Assembly (NCBI GenBank): GCA_947166405.1
Contig: CAMVEA010000002.1
Coordinates: 164 to 64,163 of the forward strand
DNA: 64,000 nucleotides
Direction of reading: 5' to 3'
Source: an uncultured Candidatus Saccharibacteria bacterium
Lineage (GTDB): Bacteria; Patescibacteriota; Saccharimonadia; Saccharimonadales; Saccharimonadaceae
The translations under genes were made by a program, and so were the position numbers. A model generated the notes under the pieces. It was not told the DNA's origin. It did not search any database and saw nothing but the letters and a program-made list of their open reading frames with translations. Positions 28,775 to 38,685 of the stretch are shown in pieces (the first letter of the stretch is position 1; every line of letters begins with the position of its first letter).

Positions 28775-29755
28775 ATGGCGACCAAAAAGTCGAAATCGTC
28801 GAATAAGTCCAACAAGACCAAATCGACCAAACCCAAAACTGCGAACGAGTCAGCAAAAAAAGCCGAACTCAAAGCAGAAACTACATCAGCAATCGAAGAA
28901 ATCGAAGAGATCGAAGAGATTGAGGAAATCAAAGAAGAAGTTTCCAAGCCGATTTCTTCCAAAAAAGAAAAGAAATCCAGCATCAAAAGCTTCTTTTCAC
29001 GCAAATACGAACCAAAGGAAAGCATCCTTACGGTGTTCAAGACTCCCCGTTTTTACGGCGCTTTGCTAGGCGAGATCATTGGCACAATGCTCATCGCACT
29101 CTTATTGTTCTCGCTATCATTAATGGGCATAGCCAATATGGCAACATACAGCTTCGCTGTTATCGCCGTACTAATTGCAGTATATGCTTTTTCAGGTTCT
29201 TGTCTTAACCCAATCATCACAGTCGGAATGATGGCATCGCGCCGCATTTCAGTAATTCGTGGTATAATGTACATTATTGCAGAAATAATCGGCGCATGGC
29301 TTGGCTGGCTCATATTCAATGCCTTCCATCTAGCCGGAGGCGAGACAGCATATGATATCCCAGCCATCTCTGCTATAGGTGAAGGCAAATTCTGGGTAGT
29401 AGCATTCGTAGAACTGCTAGGCGCATTTATCATATCATTTTTCTTTGCGCGCGCACTCAAATATAAGCGCAGCGTATTCACCTTTGCAGCAGTAGTAGCT
29501 GGCGGTCTAGCTATTGCTGTAGTAATAGGATACGTAATATCAGCAGCCTTCCTTACCCTTAATAATAATTTCGTGTTTAACCCAGCAGTCGCCACAATGA
29601 TGCAAATATTCCCACAATCAGGCGAGAATTTTGGAGAAATACTTGGCGGTATCTGTCAAGCCCTTAGCGCATATGCCATTATTCCAATGATCGGTGGCAT
29701 TATAGGCTTCTATCTTTCCGATATCGTTGCGCGACTATCTGGCGATGACGAATAG
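28775..29755 (+). CDS. MIP/aquaporin-family channel with charged N-terminal extension
   Basis: ALLGEIIGT, SGSCLNPIIT, VELLG and FNPAVA, with 6+ TM helices. Start at 28775 behind GGAGG. Confidence 0.8.
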   Translation: MATKKSKSSNKSNKTKSTKPKTANESAKKAELKAETTSAIEEIEEIEEIEEIKEEVSKPISSKKEKKSSIKSFFSRKYEPKESILTVFKTPRFYGALLGEIIGTMLIALLLFSLSLMGIANMATYSFAVIAVLIAVYAFSGSCLNPIITVGMMASRRISVIRGIMYIIAEIIGAWLGWLIFNAFHLAGGETAYDIPAISAIGEGKFWVVAFVELLGAFIISFFFARALKYKRSVFTFAAVVAGGLAIAVVIGYVISAAFLTLNNNFVFNPAVATMMQIFPQSGENFGEILGGICQALSAYAIIPMIGGIIGFYLSDIVARLSGDDE

Positions 29756-29756
29756 A

Positions 29757-29786
29757 AAAATAACCCCTCCTGGGGTTATTTTCTTT
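29757..29786. terminator. Bidirectional terminator between the aquaporin gene and metG
   Basis: AAAATAACCCC-TCCT-GGGGTTATTTT with A/T runs on both sides. Confidence 0.85.
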
Positions 29787-31204
29787 TAGGCCTTAGGAAA
29801 CAACGGAATCTCAGGTGGAGCTATTGGTTTACCAAATACCTGGTATATCCTATCAGCAGTATCTGGCAGAAACGGACTCAATAGGTAGTTTGCGACAAGT
29901 AATTCTCCAACCAGTGAAGACAGGCAGTCTTTCAGCTTGTCCAATTCACCGTTTTTGGCTATTACCCACGGTTTCTCAACATCTATTCTTCGGTTAAGCC
30001 CCTGAATCAACCCCCACACATATTCAAAAGCCTTCGTATATTCAAAACTATCCATAAACTCTACGTATTCGTCTGACATCTTATATAATTCATTGGTATC
30101 AACTTCTTGCAATCCATTTTTATAAGCCAAAGTAGCAACCCTTTGCACTAAGTTTCCTAGATCGTTCGCAAGCTCATTATTATAAGCATCATCAAACATT
30201 TCCCAAGTAAAATCCGAATCATTAAAAGTGTCTATGTGCTTTAAATAATAATAACGAAACGCATCACGTCCATGCTTTTCTAAGACCTCCAAAGGATCAA
30301 CCACATTGCCAATCGATTTAGACATTTTCTGACCATTCGACAAAATAAACCCATGCGTCACCATATTCTTAGGCAAAGGAAGCCCTAATCCAATTAACAT
30401 CGCTGGCCAAATAATTGCATGAAACCTCAAAATGTCTTTACCAAGAAACTGTACTTCAGCTGGCCACCAATCATCCACGTCCACATCAGGATAACCCAAT
30501 ACAGTAAGATAATTAGACAAAGCATCAATCCACACATACATAGTCTGCCCAGAATCCCCCGGCACAGGCACACCCCATTTAAGCTGTGATACCGGCCTAG
30601 ATACCGAGACATCGGGTGACTCTTCGATTAGTCTCAGTATTTCACGTTTCCTGTATTCAGGAAAAATCTTCATCTCATTAGATTCAATTGCATCACGAAT
30701 CCTGTCCTTAAAATCAGAAATCCTGAAATAATAGTTTTGCTCTTTCAATCTACTATAAGGTTTTTGATGGTCAGGGCAAACTCCCCCATTCTCATCATAT
30801 TCCTTCTGCGTAATATAACGTTCGCATCCATCACAATACCACCCTTCATATTCAGCACTATATATATGGTCTGATAATCTCATCCATATTTCTTGGCAAC
30901 GCTTTACATGTTCTTCATCTGTAGTTCTCACAAAATCAGTATAGGAAATCCCCATCTGCTCTATAAAACTCTTAAAGAATTCTACATTATTATCTACATA
31001 TTGCTGTACGTCCAGTCCATTGTCTTCTGCTTTTTGAAATATTTTGCCACCATGCTCATCTGTGCCAGCCTGTAAACGCACCTCATCACCCAACAATCTA
31101 TGATACCTAGCGCACACATCAGCCAGCAGATAATCGAGCGAGTGCCCAACATGTGGCCTGCCATTAACATAAGGTATTGCAGTAGTTAAATATATTTTCT
31201 TCAT
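29786..31204 (-). CDS. metG: Methionine--tRNA ligase (short form without C-terminal OB domain)
   Basis: YLTTAIPYVNGRPHVGH, GTDEHG, YVWIDAL, GKDILRFH, KMSKS. Start MKKIY at 31204. Confidence 0.97.
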   Translation of the reverse strand: MKKIYLTTAIPYVNGRPHVGHSLDYLLADVCARYHRLLGDEVRLQAGTDEHGGKIFQKAEDNGLDVQQYVDNNVEFFKSFIEQMGISYTDFVRTTDEEHVKRCQEIWMRLSDHIYSAEYEGWYCDGCERYITQKEYDENGGVCPDHQKPYSRLKEQNYYFRISDFKDRIRDAIESNEMKIFPEYRKREILRLIEESPDVSVSRPVSQLKWGVPVPGDSGQTMYVWIDALSNYLTVLGYPDVDVDDWWPAEVQFLGKDILRFHAIIWPAMLIGLGLPLPKNMVTHGFILSNGQKMSKSIGNVVDPLEVLEKHGRDAFRYYYLKHIDTFNDSDFTWEMFDDAYNNELANDLGNLVQRVATLAYKNGLQEVDTNELYKMSDEYVEFMDSFEYTKAFEYVWGLIQGLNRRIDVEKPWVIAKNGELDKLKDCLSSLVGELLVANYLLSPFLPDTADRIYQVFGKPIAPPEIPLFPKA

Positions 31205-31284
31205 ATAACATATTTTACAATACTTTGCACCTATAATCAAGACACACCATAACAACAAACATCACGGTGCCAAATGCACCATTA

Positions 31285-32061
31285 TTAGCCCATCAAAGAC
31301 ATTATAAGTACTATCGCAAGAACCAATACGACCACTGCAGCAACGGCAATTAGTACTATCATGGTTGTTTTATTCATTTTCTTTCCACCAGCACCGGCAC
31401 CATTCCTAACCATGGGATTCTCTGCCTGCTTGGCAGGATCGTTAAATGCCACACTAGGTGTAGTCCCTTGCCCACTTTCAACAAGCCCATCCCCTTCAGC
31501 ACCAACCTGTCCAGCAGAATCATTAGCCGGCACAGAAACAGCAGAGCCAATCGAACCAGGAACTGGTCCAGCCGCTTTCATAGGAGCTTTTAATTCTTCT
31601 TCGACAGGATCAGGCTCTGGCGCCTTCTCTGGCATCATAATAGGATCAGTCGCAGCCATAGTCAAACCACTTTCTCGACTTGGTTGAAAAACAGGATTAG
31701 CCGGCACCGGATTTGCCGCCATCGATTCAACGGGGGCTGGTATAGAATCCTGTATTATCACACCTGCCCCTAAATTCTGACCAGCAGCAGCAGTAGCGGT
31801 AGCAGTAGTAGCAGCAGCACCACTACCAGATGGATTAATAATAGGATTCACTGGCGCCGGAGCACCTACTACTCCAGAACTAATTGGCCCACCAGCCACC
31901 CCTGCCCCCGCATTCGTATCTGCAAGAGGAGCATTGCCCGTTGGATTACTAGTTGCCCCTGCCCCTACATTTGCGTTCATTGAAGACATATTTGACTCAG
32001 GCGCTGGCGAGCTCGTAGGCTCAGAGCTTGATGTTGGAGTAGTATTATTTGTTGGATCCAT
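31285..32061 (-). CDS. Pro/Ala/Gly-rich low-complexity protein with C-terminal membrane anchor
   Basis: Disordered composition followed by KKMNK and a ~24-aa TM; AAGGA SD. Confidence 0.7.
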   Translation of the reverse strand: MDPTNNTTPTSSSEPTSSPAPESNMSSMNANVGAGATSNPTGNAPLADTNAGAGVAGGPISSGVVGAPAPVNPIINPSGSGAAATTATATAAAGQNLGAGVIIQDSIPAPVESMAANPVPANPVFQPSRESGLTMAATDPIMMPEKAPEPDPVEEELKAPMKAAGPVPGSIGSAVSVPANDSAGQVGAEGDGLVESGQGTTPSVAFNDPAKQAENPMVRNGAGAGGKKMNKTTMIVLIAVAAVVVLVLAIVLIMSLMG

Positions 32062-32153
32062 TTTGCTATTTCCTTATATTATAATTATTATGCTTTACAT
32101 TTTATAATTATTATATCACATTATTATATCATATATAATCATTTAGTCCGGCG

Positions 32154-34019
32154 CTAGCGTCCACTGAAGCCCCCACCTCCTCCCCCTCCACCAGAAAAAC
32201 CACCACCTCCCCCACCCGAGAAACCAGAAGATGAGCCTCCACCTGAACTAGACATCGTCGTCGAAGCCGAAGCAATCGAAGCTGCTCGCGACAATCCTCT
32301 TGCAATTTCGTGTGCAGCTATTCCACTCATCAAATAATCCGGCTCTTCTATTTCCTTCACTTCGCAGTATTGTTTCATTTCCTTCATCCAGCTCTCCTCA
32401 AGACCAAACACAGCTGCATATGGCAAAAGTTTTTCATACAAATTAACAATCCCCTCTGCAGACGTATCCACACCAGTCACACTCTGTAGCAATTTCATCC
32501 GTTCCGCTTCCGCCATTTCAATATACAATCTCAAACCATCCATGTAGCGTGCAGCCATCAACCCATCCTTTGTAATCTTGGAATATATTCGCGTATCACT
32601 TGACAACATCACACAAATCACACTAGTAATTACAATCATAATAACAGCAACGACGTAAAAATGTCCATAAAAGACATATTCTCTGCCATATGCCTCACCA
32701 AATCCAAACAAATCGCCAAGAACACTTAAACCGAATAATCCCAACATCATAAACACAATTGACACAGATATAGAAGAAGCAATAACGCTCGATAAGCTCA
32801 CCCGACCAGCATTACCAAGTTTATACCCCTTCTCTACTAGCCCATCCTTTTGCAAATCATCCAGAATAGTATTCTCCATCGATTTCCTTAACTTAATCAA
32901 TTTACTAGATGCCGTTCGCATTTTAAGCTCAATAGTAGCACCTTCTAAAGGTTTTTCTCCACCATTTAAAATAGTCAATAAATCTAAATACTCATCACTG
33001 ACCCCATTCAAATCATTCACCAGGATATTCCATTTGTTAGTTCCAACTTTCTGAAATACTATTCTCTTCCTAGTAACCAAATCAAGCATCATTGCCACCT
33101 TCACGTCCTTCTTTTTCTCCAAATACAATTCCGCCATCTCAGGCAAACCATACTGGCCATGAGGCTGATACTCAGGCTTAACAAACAATCCTTTATAATA
33201 ATGCGCCTTATCTCTTGTCCCGACAAACTTTCTCACATTATAGCAAAGAATCAACACACACAACACCCCCAACACTATTATCATCCATACATATGAGTAA
33301 TCCTTTTCTGGCTCTGGTACGACAAATGAACCAGGTTTCAGTTCTATATCAAAAGTTAAATTCTCACCAGGAGCCAAACCATACGCGACAAACTCCACCC
33401 CATCACTCATTTTAGTAATAGTGCATCTTTCTGTACCAGATTCACCATAACTGCCCACATAACACCATTCATTTCCAGTATAATCTTTCGCAACATCCCC
33501 ATCAAAATGCACCCTTGCCACCACACTAGTAAATCCCTGCAACGAACCGTTGCCATTCGTGTCCCAATATAATTCCTGTTTACTATCAAATTCTGTTACA
33601 ACTTTTTCAAAATCATATTCAAAAGTATATATCTGCTCACCACGTACATATTCATCAGTCCCAGTACATACATTATAATAATTGTCATTTTTCGTAATAC
33701 TATAAATAGGCTCCGCAACACCATTTCTTAATACCTTAATATCGCTGCCCGTCAATCTCGGTAACGTAATATTCTTACCGTCTTGATTCGTAAATGGTAT
33801 CTGTCTACAAATCCCCTTATTCTGATTGAAGTCAGGGAACTCAGCCGTGACATGCTCCACAACCTTAAGATGCGACAAGCCATCATCGTCCCGCGAAAGA
33901 TAGTAATTCCCCACAAATTCACTATAATAAAAATCATTCACTCCCGCCGATACTGGCAACGCAGGCAACATAGTAAAAACCGATAACAGTATAGTCCATA
34001 ATAATTTATATTTTCTCAT
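32154..34019 (-). CDS. DUF2207-family membrane protein
   Basis: Signal peptide, ELYWDTNG, YEKLLPYAAVFGLE..W, terminal SSGGGSSSGFSGGGGGGFSGGGGGGGG. Confidence 0.9.
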   Translation of the reverse strand: MRKYKLLWTILLSVFTMLPALPVSAGVNDFYYSEFVGNYYLSRDDDGLSHLKVVEHVTAEFPDFNQNKGICRQIPFTNQDGKNITLPRLTGSDIKVLRNGVAEPIYSITKNDNYYNVCTGTDEYVRGEQIYTFEYDFEKVVTEFDSKQELYWDTNGNGSLQGFTSVVARVHFDGDVAKDYTGNEWCYVGSYGESGTERCTITKMSDGVEFVAYGLAPGENLTFDIELKPGSFVVPEPEKDYSYVWMIIVLGVLCVLILCYNVRKFVGTRDKAHYYKGLFVKPEYQPHGQYGLPEMAELYLEKKKDVKVAMMLDLVTRKRIVFQKVGTNKWNILVNDLNGVSDEYLDLLTILNGGEKPLEGATIELKMRTASSKLIKLRKSMENTILDDLQKDGLVEKGYKLGNAGRVSLSSVIASSISVSIVFMMLGLFGLSVLGDLFGFGEAYGREYVFYGHFYVVAVIMIVITSVICVMLSSDTRIYSKITKDGLMAARYMDGLRLYIEMAEAERMKLLQSVTGVDTSAEGIVNLYEKLLPYAAVFGLEESWMKEMKQYCEVKEIEEPDYLMSGIAAHEIARGLSRAASIASASTTMSSSGGGSSSGFSGGGGGGFSGGGGGGGGFSGR

Positions 34020-34063
34020 AATTCCATTATACCAAACTGTAACACTTATGTTATAATTTAATC

Positions 34064-34978
34064 ATGGATAACAATAAAATAATGATAGTAGGCACAGGCA
34101 ATGTTGGCGCGTCCATTGCCTTCGCCCTTATGAATCAACGTACCGCCGTCAATGAAATAGTATTAACCGACATCATCGCCAAAGATGCCGAAGGCGAAGC
34201 CATGGATCTTCGCGATGCTCTAGCAGTTGCACCTAGCTACATCAAAGTCAACAGTGGCACCTACAAAGACGCCAAAGATTGCGATGTCGTAGTCATTACT
34301 GCAGGCGCTGCCCAGAAACCAGGCGAGACCCGCATGGAACTCCTCGCCAAGAACGTCAACATCTTAAAAGGTATGATAGAACAAATCATGGACTCCGGCT
34401 TCAATGGGCTATTCCTTATCGTTACTAATCCTATGGACGTACTCACATACTATGCCATGAAATTCTCTGGGCTACCCTCCGAGAGAGTCATCGGCTCCGG
34501 CACCGTACTCGATTCTGCCCGCCTCCGTACCCGCATCGCTGGTTATCTTCACGTCAACCCCAAATCCGTCCATGCTTATCAAATTGGTGAGCACGGTGAT
34601 ACAGAACTCACCCTATGGTCACTTGCCGACATCGGTGGACAGAAAGTCACAGACTTTCTCGCTAGAGATTTACGCAAAGATATCTCTGATTTCGTCAAAA
34701 ACGAAGCCTACGACATTATCGAAAAGAAAGGTGCTACCTACTACGGTATCGCCACTTGTGTAGTAGACATTCTAAATTGTATTTTCAACGACGAACTTCG
34801 AGTCCTTCCTGTTTCCTCTTTTGATCATTTTTCTGGCACCTCGTTCGGGTTCCCCTCCGTCGTTGGTCGCACTGGCATTATCCGTCGACTCGACCTCAAA
34901 CTCTCTGAGCACGAAGGTATCGAACTCCAAAAATCTATCAACGCCCTGAAAAAAGCAATCGGCTCAGTAAAGTATTAG
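34064..34978 (+). CDS. ldh: L-lactate dehydrogenase
   Basis: VGTGNVG, ITAGAAQKPGETRMELL, VTNPMD, GSGTVLDSAR, IGEHGD, KKGATYYGI. Confidence 0.93.
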   Translation: MDNNKIMIVGTGNVGASIAFALMNQRTAVNEIVLTDIIAKDAEGEAMDLRDALAVAPSYIKVNSGTYKDAKDCDVVVITAGAAQKPGETRMELLAKNVNILKGMIEQIMDSGFNGLFLIVTNPMDVLTYYAMKFSGLPSERVIGSGTVLDSARLRTRIAGYLHVNPKSVHAYQIGEHGDTELTLWSLADIGGQKVTDFLARDLRKDISDFVKNEAYDIIEKKGATYYGIATCVVDILNCIFNDELRVLPVSSFDHFSGTSFGFPSVVGRTGIIRRLDLKLSEHEGIELQKSINALKKAIGSVKY

Positions 34979-35006
34979 ACACAGCCAAACACTCTAAGAC
35001 TTCCAC

Positions 35007-35051
35007 AACTAGCTCGCAGTTCATTATCAACAACAGCCGAGCTAGTTTTTT
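35007..35051 (+). terminator. Probable ldh terminator
   Basis: AACTAGCTCG...CGAGCTAGTT 10-bp stem with 21-nt loop followed by a T run. Confidence 0.6.
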
Positions 35052-35108
35052 AAACCCCAATATCACCAGTCCACACCAAGACACACTGATAGCGAGCCTT
35101 AAGCCCCA

Positions 35109-36449
35109 TCAAAGTGACTGCATGTACAACAGTAGTTCCTGCTTTAGAAAATCATCAGACACCTTCCCGAGCTCCACCATAAATTTTGGTACCTGACGTT
35201 TGAGCCTCTCAGTACGATATTTTTCATATGCTTCCGCTTCCTTATCCGACATACACTCAGGATAATTTCTCCCCTTATAATGGAGTAATAATTCCGGTAA
35301 TCGAGCGTCATGAAATTCTGGATGAAAATCCGCCAATCTCGACGCATCCGCATTTCTTACAGCTGCTACCTTAATTCTATCTGGATCATCCAGGAAACCA
35401 TCGTATAGTGCCCCCTCTGGCTCAATCGCTGGCGGAAACTCCGGACGTTCTTCATGCTTCGTTCGCACCTGTTCCACAAACTCCGGATGCTCCATTATTA
35501 TATGCATGTTCTCATCCACTTCCTCACGCGTTAGACCAATCTTTTCCCAACCATTTTCACTATCAAGTACTCCTAGCGGAGCTACTGCCGGACATTTATT
35601 GTAACACAGTTCTTTAACTGCTGGGAAAAAGGTAGAATCAACCTTCTCTGAATCCCGAATTAGCTCCTCTAAATTATGTCGCAAATCATACACCAGCACA
35701 TTTCCATTTCTCCCTGGCGCTATCGGCAATGCCACTGTAGTCTTGTTATACTCACTCGTATATCTCCCCGAAGCATACACAAACGGCTTTGGGCTCGCCA
35801 GATTCACCAATTTCTGAACCTCCCGCTTACTTCTTAACCCAAACAAATATTCAAACAGTTTCGGTTGTTTTTCCCGAATCAACTTCGCTACCGCAATCGT
35901 CGCATACACATCCGAAAGTGCATCATGCGCATGCTCATGTTCCACGCCATTCAATTTCGTCAATAGTTCCAATCGATTCGTCGGCTTGCCGTCATCCGTA
36001 AAAGGCCACTCAATCCCTTCCGGCCTCAACGCCCTCGTCAGTCGCACCACGTCCAGTATATCCCATCTCGAACGATCATCCTTCCATTGCCACTCATAAG
36101 GGTCATAAAAATTCCGCCACAGAATCGCCCTCATGAATTCATCATCGAACCTCACCGTATTATACCCTACAGCCACCGTACCAGGCACAAAAACCTCCTT
36201 CATCACATATCTACAAAACTCCACTTCGCTCATGCCATCAATAAGTGTCTGTTGAGGAGTAATTCCAGTCACACTAATCGCCCCAGGGCTCGGCAAAGCA
36301 TCATCTGTCATTTTCACTAAGATATTCACCGGCTCACCAATAGGCTCAAGTTCCATCGAAGTCCTCTGCCCTGCAAACTGCATTATCCTATCCTCCCTCG
36401 CTTTCAGTCCAGAAGTCTCCAAATCATAGAAGAAAAACGTTTTATTCAT
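35109..36449 (-). CDS. sbcB: Exodeoxyribonuclease I
   Basis: FFFYDLETSG, QFAGQRT, GYNTVRFDDE, RLELLTKLNG, HAHDALSDVYAT. Start MNKTF at 36449. Confidence 0.95.
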   Translation of the reverse strand: MNKTFFFYDLETSGLKAREDRIMQFAGQRTSMELEPIGEPVNILVKMTDDALPSPGAISVTGITPQQTLIDGMSEVEFCRYVMKEVFVPGTVAVGYNTVRFDDEFMRAILWRNFYDPYEWQWKDDRSRWDILDVVRLTRALRPEGIEWPFTDDGKPTNRLELLTKLNGVEHEHAHDALSDVYATIAVAKLIREKQPKLFEYLFGLRSKREVQKLVNLASPKPFVYASGRYTSEYNKTTVALPIAPGRNGNVLVYDLRHNLEELIRDSEKVDSTFFPAVKELCYNKCPAVAPLGVLDSENGWEKIGLTREEVDENMHIIMEHPEFVEQVRTKHEERPEFPPAIEPEGALYDGFLDDPDRIKVAAVRNADASRLADFHPEFHDARLPELLLHYKGRNYPECMSDKEAEAYEKYRTERLKRQVPKFMVELGKVSDDFLKQELLLYMQSL

Positions 36450-36532
36450 ATCTCCATTATACCTCAAAAAATCAAAAATACACCATTATTTTAACAGGTT
36501 AAAGTAAAACTATAACAGGTATAAAAATGATA

Positions 36533-36561
36533 TTGACTTTTTTAAATGTTTATGGTATAAT
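36533..36561 (+). promoter_or_regulatory. Strong sigma70 promoter for the 36627 gene
   Basis: TTGACT-17 nt-TATAAT with extended -10 TG; leader hairpin TATTGGG/CCCAATA at 36567-36593. Confidence 0.8.
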
Positions 36562-36626
36562 CTAAGTATTGGGTCGTAAACTCTACCCCAATAAGCACTT
36601 TAAGAGAGAATATAGGGGGAATCAAT

Positions 36627-37175
36627 ATGAACAGATACTACCACAAAATCGACGTTATAAGCTCCATGACCAGCAATCATTGGACTCTGGTCGCACTGAT
36701 GTTCTTCGCCATCGCAATCATAATAGGGATGAGTCAACATAAGATCAAGGGACGCAATGTCATCGAGCGTTTTAGTAGCACCATCTACCTAGCACTCGAC
36801 ATGTTAGTGTCTGTCGTTATGACAGCGATGCTAATCGTGGAGTCCCATAGAGGGATAATCCAATTTCTGGACAATCTCCTACGGGGCAACGAGTCCCCAT
36901 TGATGTCGCTAATCATAATGCCCGTTGTAGCATTATTGTTCGGTGTAATCATTGGATTCGTCATCGCCCTCATCGGCGATATCACAGCGTATCTCTGTAA
37001 GCGGAGACTTATCAAAAAGCTCCACCTTGCCGCCGAGGCACGCCGTAAGGCAAATCCCCAGCGAATTCGCAGGGGCCAGCCAAAAGGCAGCCCGCGCCCC
37101 GGTACGTCAAATCCAACCCGCTATGATGCAAAGCGCGACAAAGCAAACCAAGCACACCGCAACCGCAATCGCTAA
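36627..37175 (+). CDS. Uncharacterised 3-TM membrane protein with basic C-terminal tail
   Basis: GGGGG SD, own promoter and terminator; three hydrophobic segments then an Arg/Lys/Pro-rich tail. Confidence 0.75.
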   Translation: MNRYYHKIDVISSMTSNHWTLVALMFFAIAIIIGMSQHKIKGRNVIERFSSTIYLALDMLVSVVMTAMLIVESHRGIIQFLDNLLRGNESPLMSLIIMPVVALLFGVIIGFVIALIGDITAYLCKRRLIKKLHLAAEARRKANPQRIRRGQPKGSPRPGTSNPTRYDAKRDKANQAHRNRNR

Positions 37176-37228
37176 GACATCCGGGTCGATGACCGGAAAG
37201 GCATGCACCGGCATCGATAATCTCTCTA

Positions 37229-37259
37229 TCCCCGAGCCATCCGGCTCGGGGACTTTTCT
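37229..37259 (+). terminator. Intrinsic terminator
   Basis: TCCCCGAGCC-ATCC-GGCTCGGGGA followed by CTTTTCT. Confidence 0.8.
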
Positions 37260-37332
37260 ATCGCCTAAAAGCAGCGTCGAAACAACTACCGCCCAAGTAT
37301 CAGCTCCTTCAACCTTCTTACCTAAATCTCAA

Positions 37333-38136
37333 CTACTCCTCAGCTTTACCTTCCACTTCAGCACCAGTCTCAGATTCAGCTTCAGCAGCATCTTCCGCTT
37401 CAGATTCAGCTTTCATCATCGCATCATAATCAATCCCATAATTAGCATATTGCACTTTCATATAAGCCTCATCAAGCTCTTTTGACATTGACTTGAGTGG
37501 ATCTTTATTCTCTACAGCCATTATAATAAACCTCAATGGCTTATTATACCCACCACAAATTTCCATCGAATCACCATAAGCCAACTCACCGGGCACCGTA
37601 ATTCTACGTATCCCACCTACTTTCATACCCTCGATACCTTTATTCCATCCTTCAATCATCCCAAGCGAAGCATCAAGCACTTTCGCAAAGGATGTCGGAT
37701 GATCATTGTTGTCAAACGACGAGTCAAACACCGACTCATCCGCGCAATACCCGACATAAAAAGCTAAATAATCAGAATCTTTAGCAGTCAAAGTCTTGCC
37801 AGAACCTTTTTCTAGCTCCTTAATCTGTACCCCACCTTCATTAGCCGACGTCTCATTAAATGCCTTAATCTCTGACTTGTACTTCATGAATCTATCGTAA
37901 TCATCCTTTGTAGCACTAGCAAACTCCTTCACTTTCTTATCATACTCAGATTGGTATTGATTCTTCTTTTCCTGGGTTATTTTACTATCATCACTCGATT
38001 CTGTACTAGTAGCAGCCTTACCACCAGATGCCACAATTAATGCATAGCCAGCAATCATCGAACCTAGCATTAGTACAGCAATCACTCCGATAAATATACG
38101 TTGTTTAACACTTGTCTTTAACTCTTTTTCTTCCAT
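37333..38136 (-). CDS. Membrane-anchored FKBP-type peptidyl-prolyl isomerase
   Basis: N-terminal TM; VFDSSF, GMIEGWNKGIEGMKVGGIRRITVPGELAYG. Start MEEKE at 38136 (GGAG SD). Confidence 0.9.
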   Translation of the reverse strand: MEEKELKTSVKQRIFIGVIAVLMLGSMIAGYALIVASGGKAATSTESSDDSKITQEKKNQYQSEYDKKVKEFASATKDDYDRFMKYKSEIKAFNETSANEGGVQIKELEKGSGKTLTAKDSDYLAFYVGYCADESVFDSSFDNNDHPTSFAKVLDASLGMIEGWNKGIEGMKVGGIRRITVPGELAYGDSMEICGGYNKPLRFIIMAVENKDPLKSMSKELDEAYMKVQYANYGIDYDAMMKAESEAEDAAEAESETGAEVEGKAEE

Positions 38137-38174
38137 AATTAACTCCACAATTATTATTAACCAGATTATACCAC

Positions 38175-38200
38175 AAAATAACCCCAAATGGGGTTATTTT
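38175..38200 (-). terminator. Terminator after rplO
   Basis: AAAATAACCCC-AAAT-GGGGTTATTTT; stem identical to 29757-29782. Confidence 0.8.
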
Positions 38201-38220
38201 ATGTAGTTTTACAGGATTTA

Positions 38221-38685
38221 TTAAGCTTCTTTTTTAGCAGGCCTTTTGAGAATCGCAACCTTCTTGAAGCTCCCGCCAGCCTTCTTAATTGATTCGACCG
38301 CAGTCTTCGAAGCAAATTGAGTCTCAAGCTCAAGCTTAGCTTTCAATTCACCACGCGTAATTACTTTTACTTTAACAAACGGCGACGAAATCAAGCCAGC
38401 CTCTGCCAACGAATAATTGTCTACTTTACCAGACAATTCATTCAAACTATCAGTATAAATCACTTCAGCCTTCGGATGGAATGACTTAAATCCTTTGAGC
38501 TTTGGTACAGCCTGCATAATTGCACGCTGACCGCCCATGAACCCAGCAGGCATCTTACGATGTCCAGTACGAGCCTTTTGCCCCTTTGTACCACGACCAG
38601 CAGTCTTACCCTGACCAGCCGCAATACCACGACCCTTACGAGTAGGGCGAGTATTTTTTTCGACGTTCAAATCATTATATTTCAT
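38221..38685 (-). CDS. rplO: 50S ribosomal protein L15
   Basis: RKGRGIAAGQGKTAGRGTKGQKAR. Confidence 0.97.
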   Translation of the reverse strand: MKYNDLNVEKNTRPTRKGRGIAAGQGKTAGRGTKGQKARTGHRKMPAGFMGGQRAIMQAVPKLKGFKSFHPKAEVIYTDSLNELSGKVDNYSLAEAGLISSPFVKVKVITRGELKAKLELETQFASKTAVESIKKAGGSFKKVAILKRPAKKEA

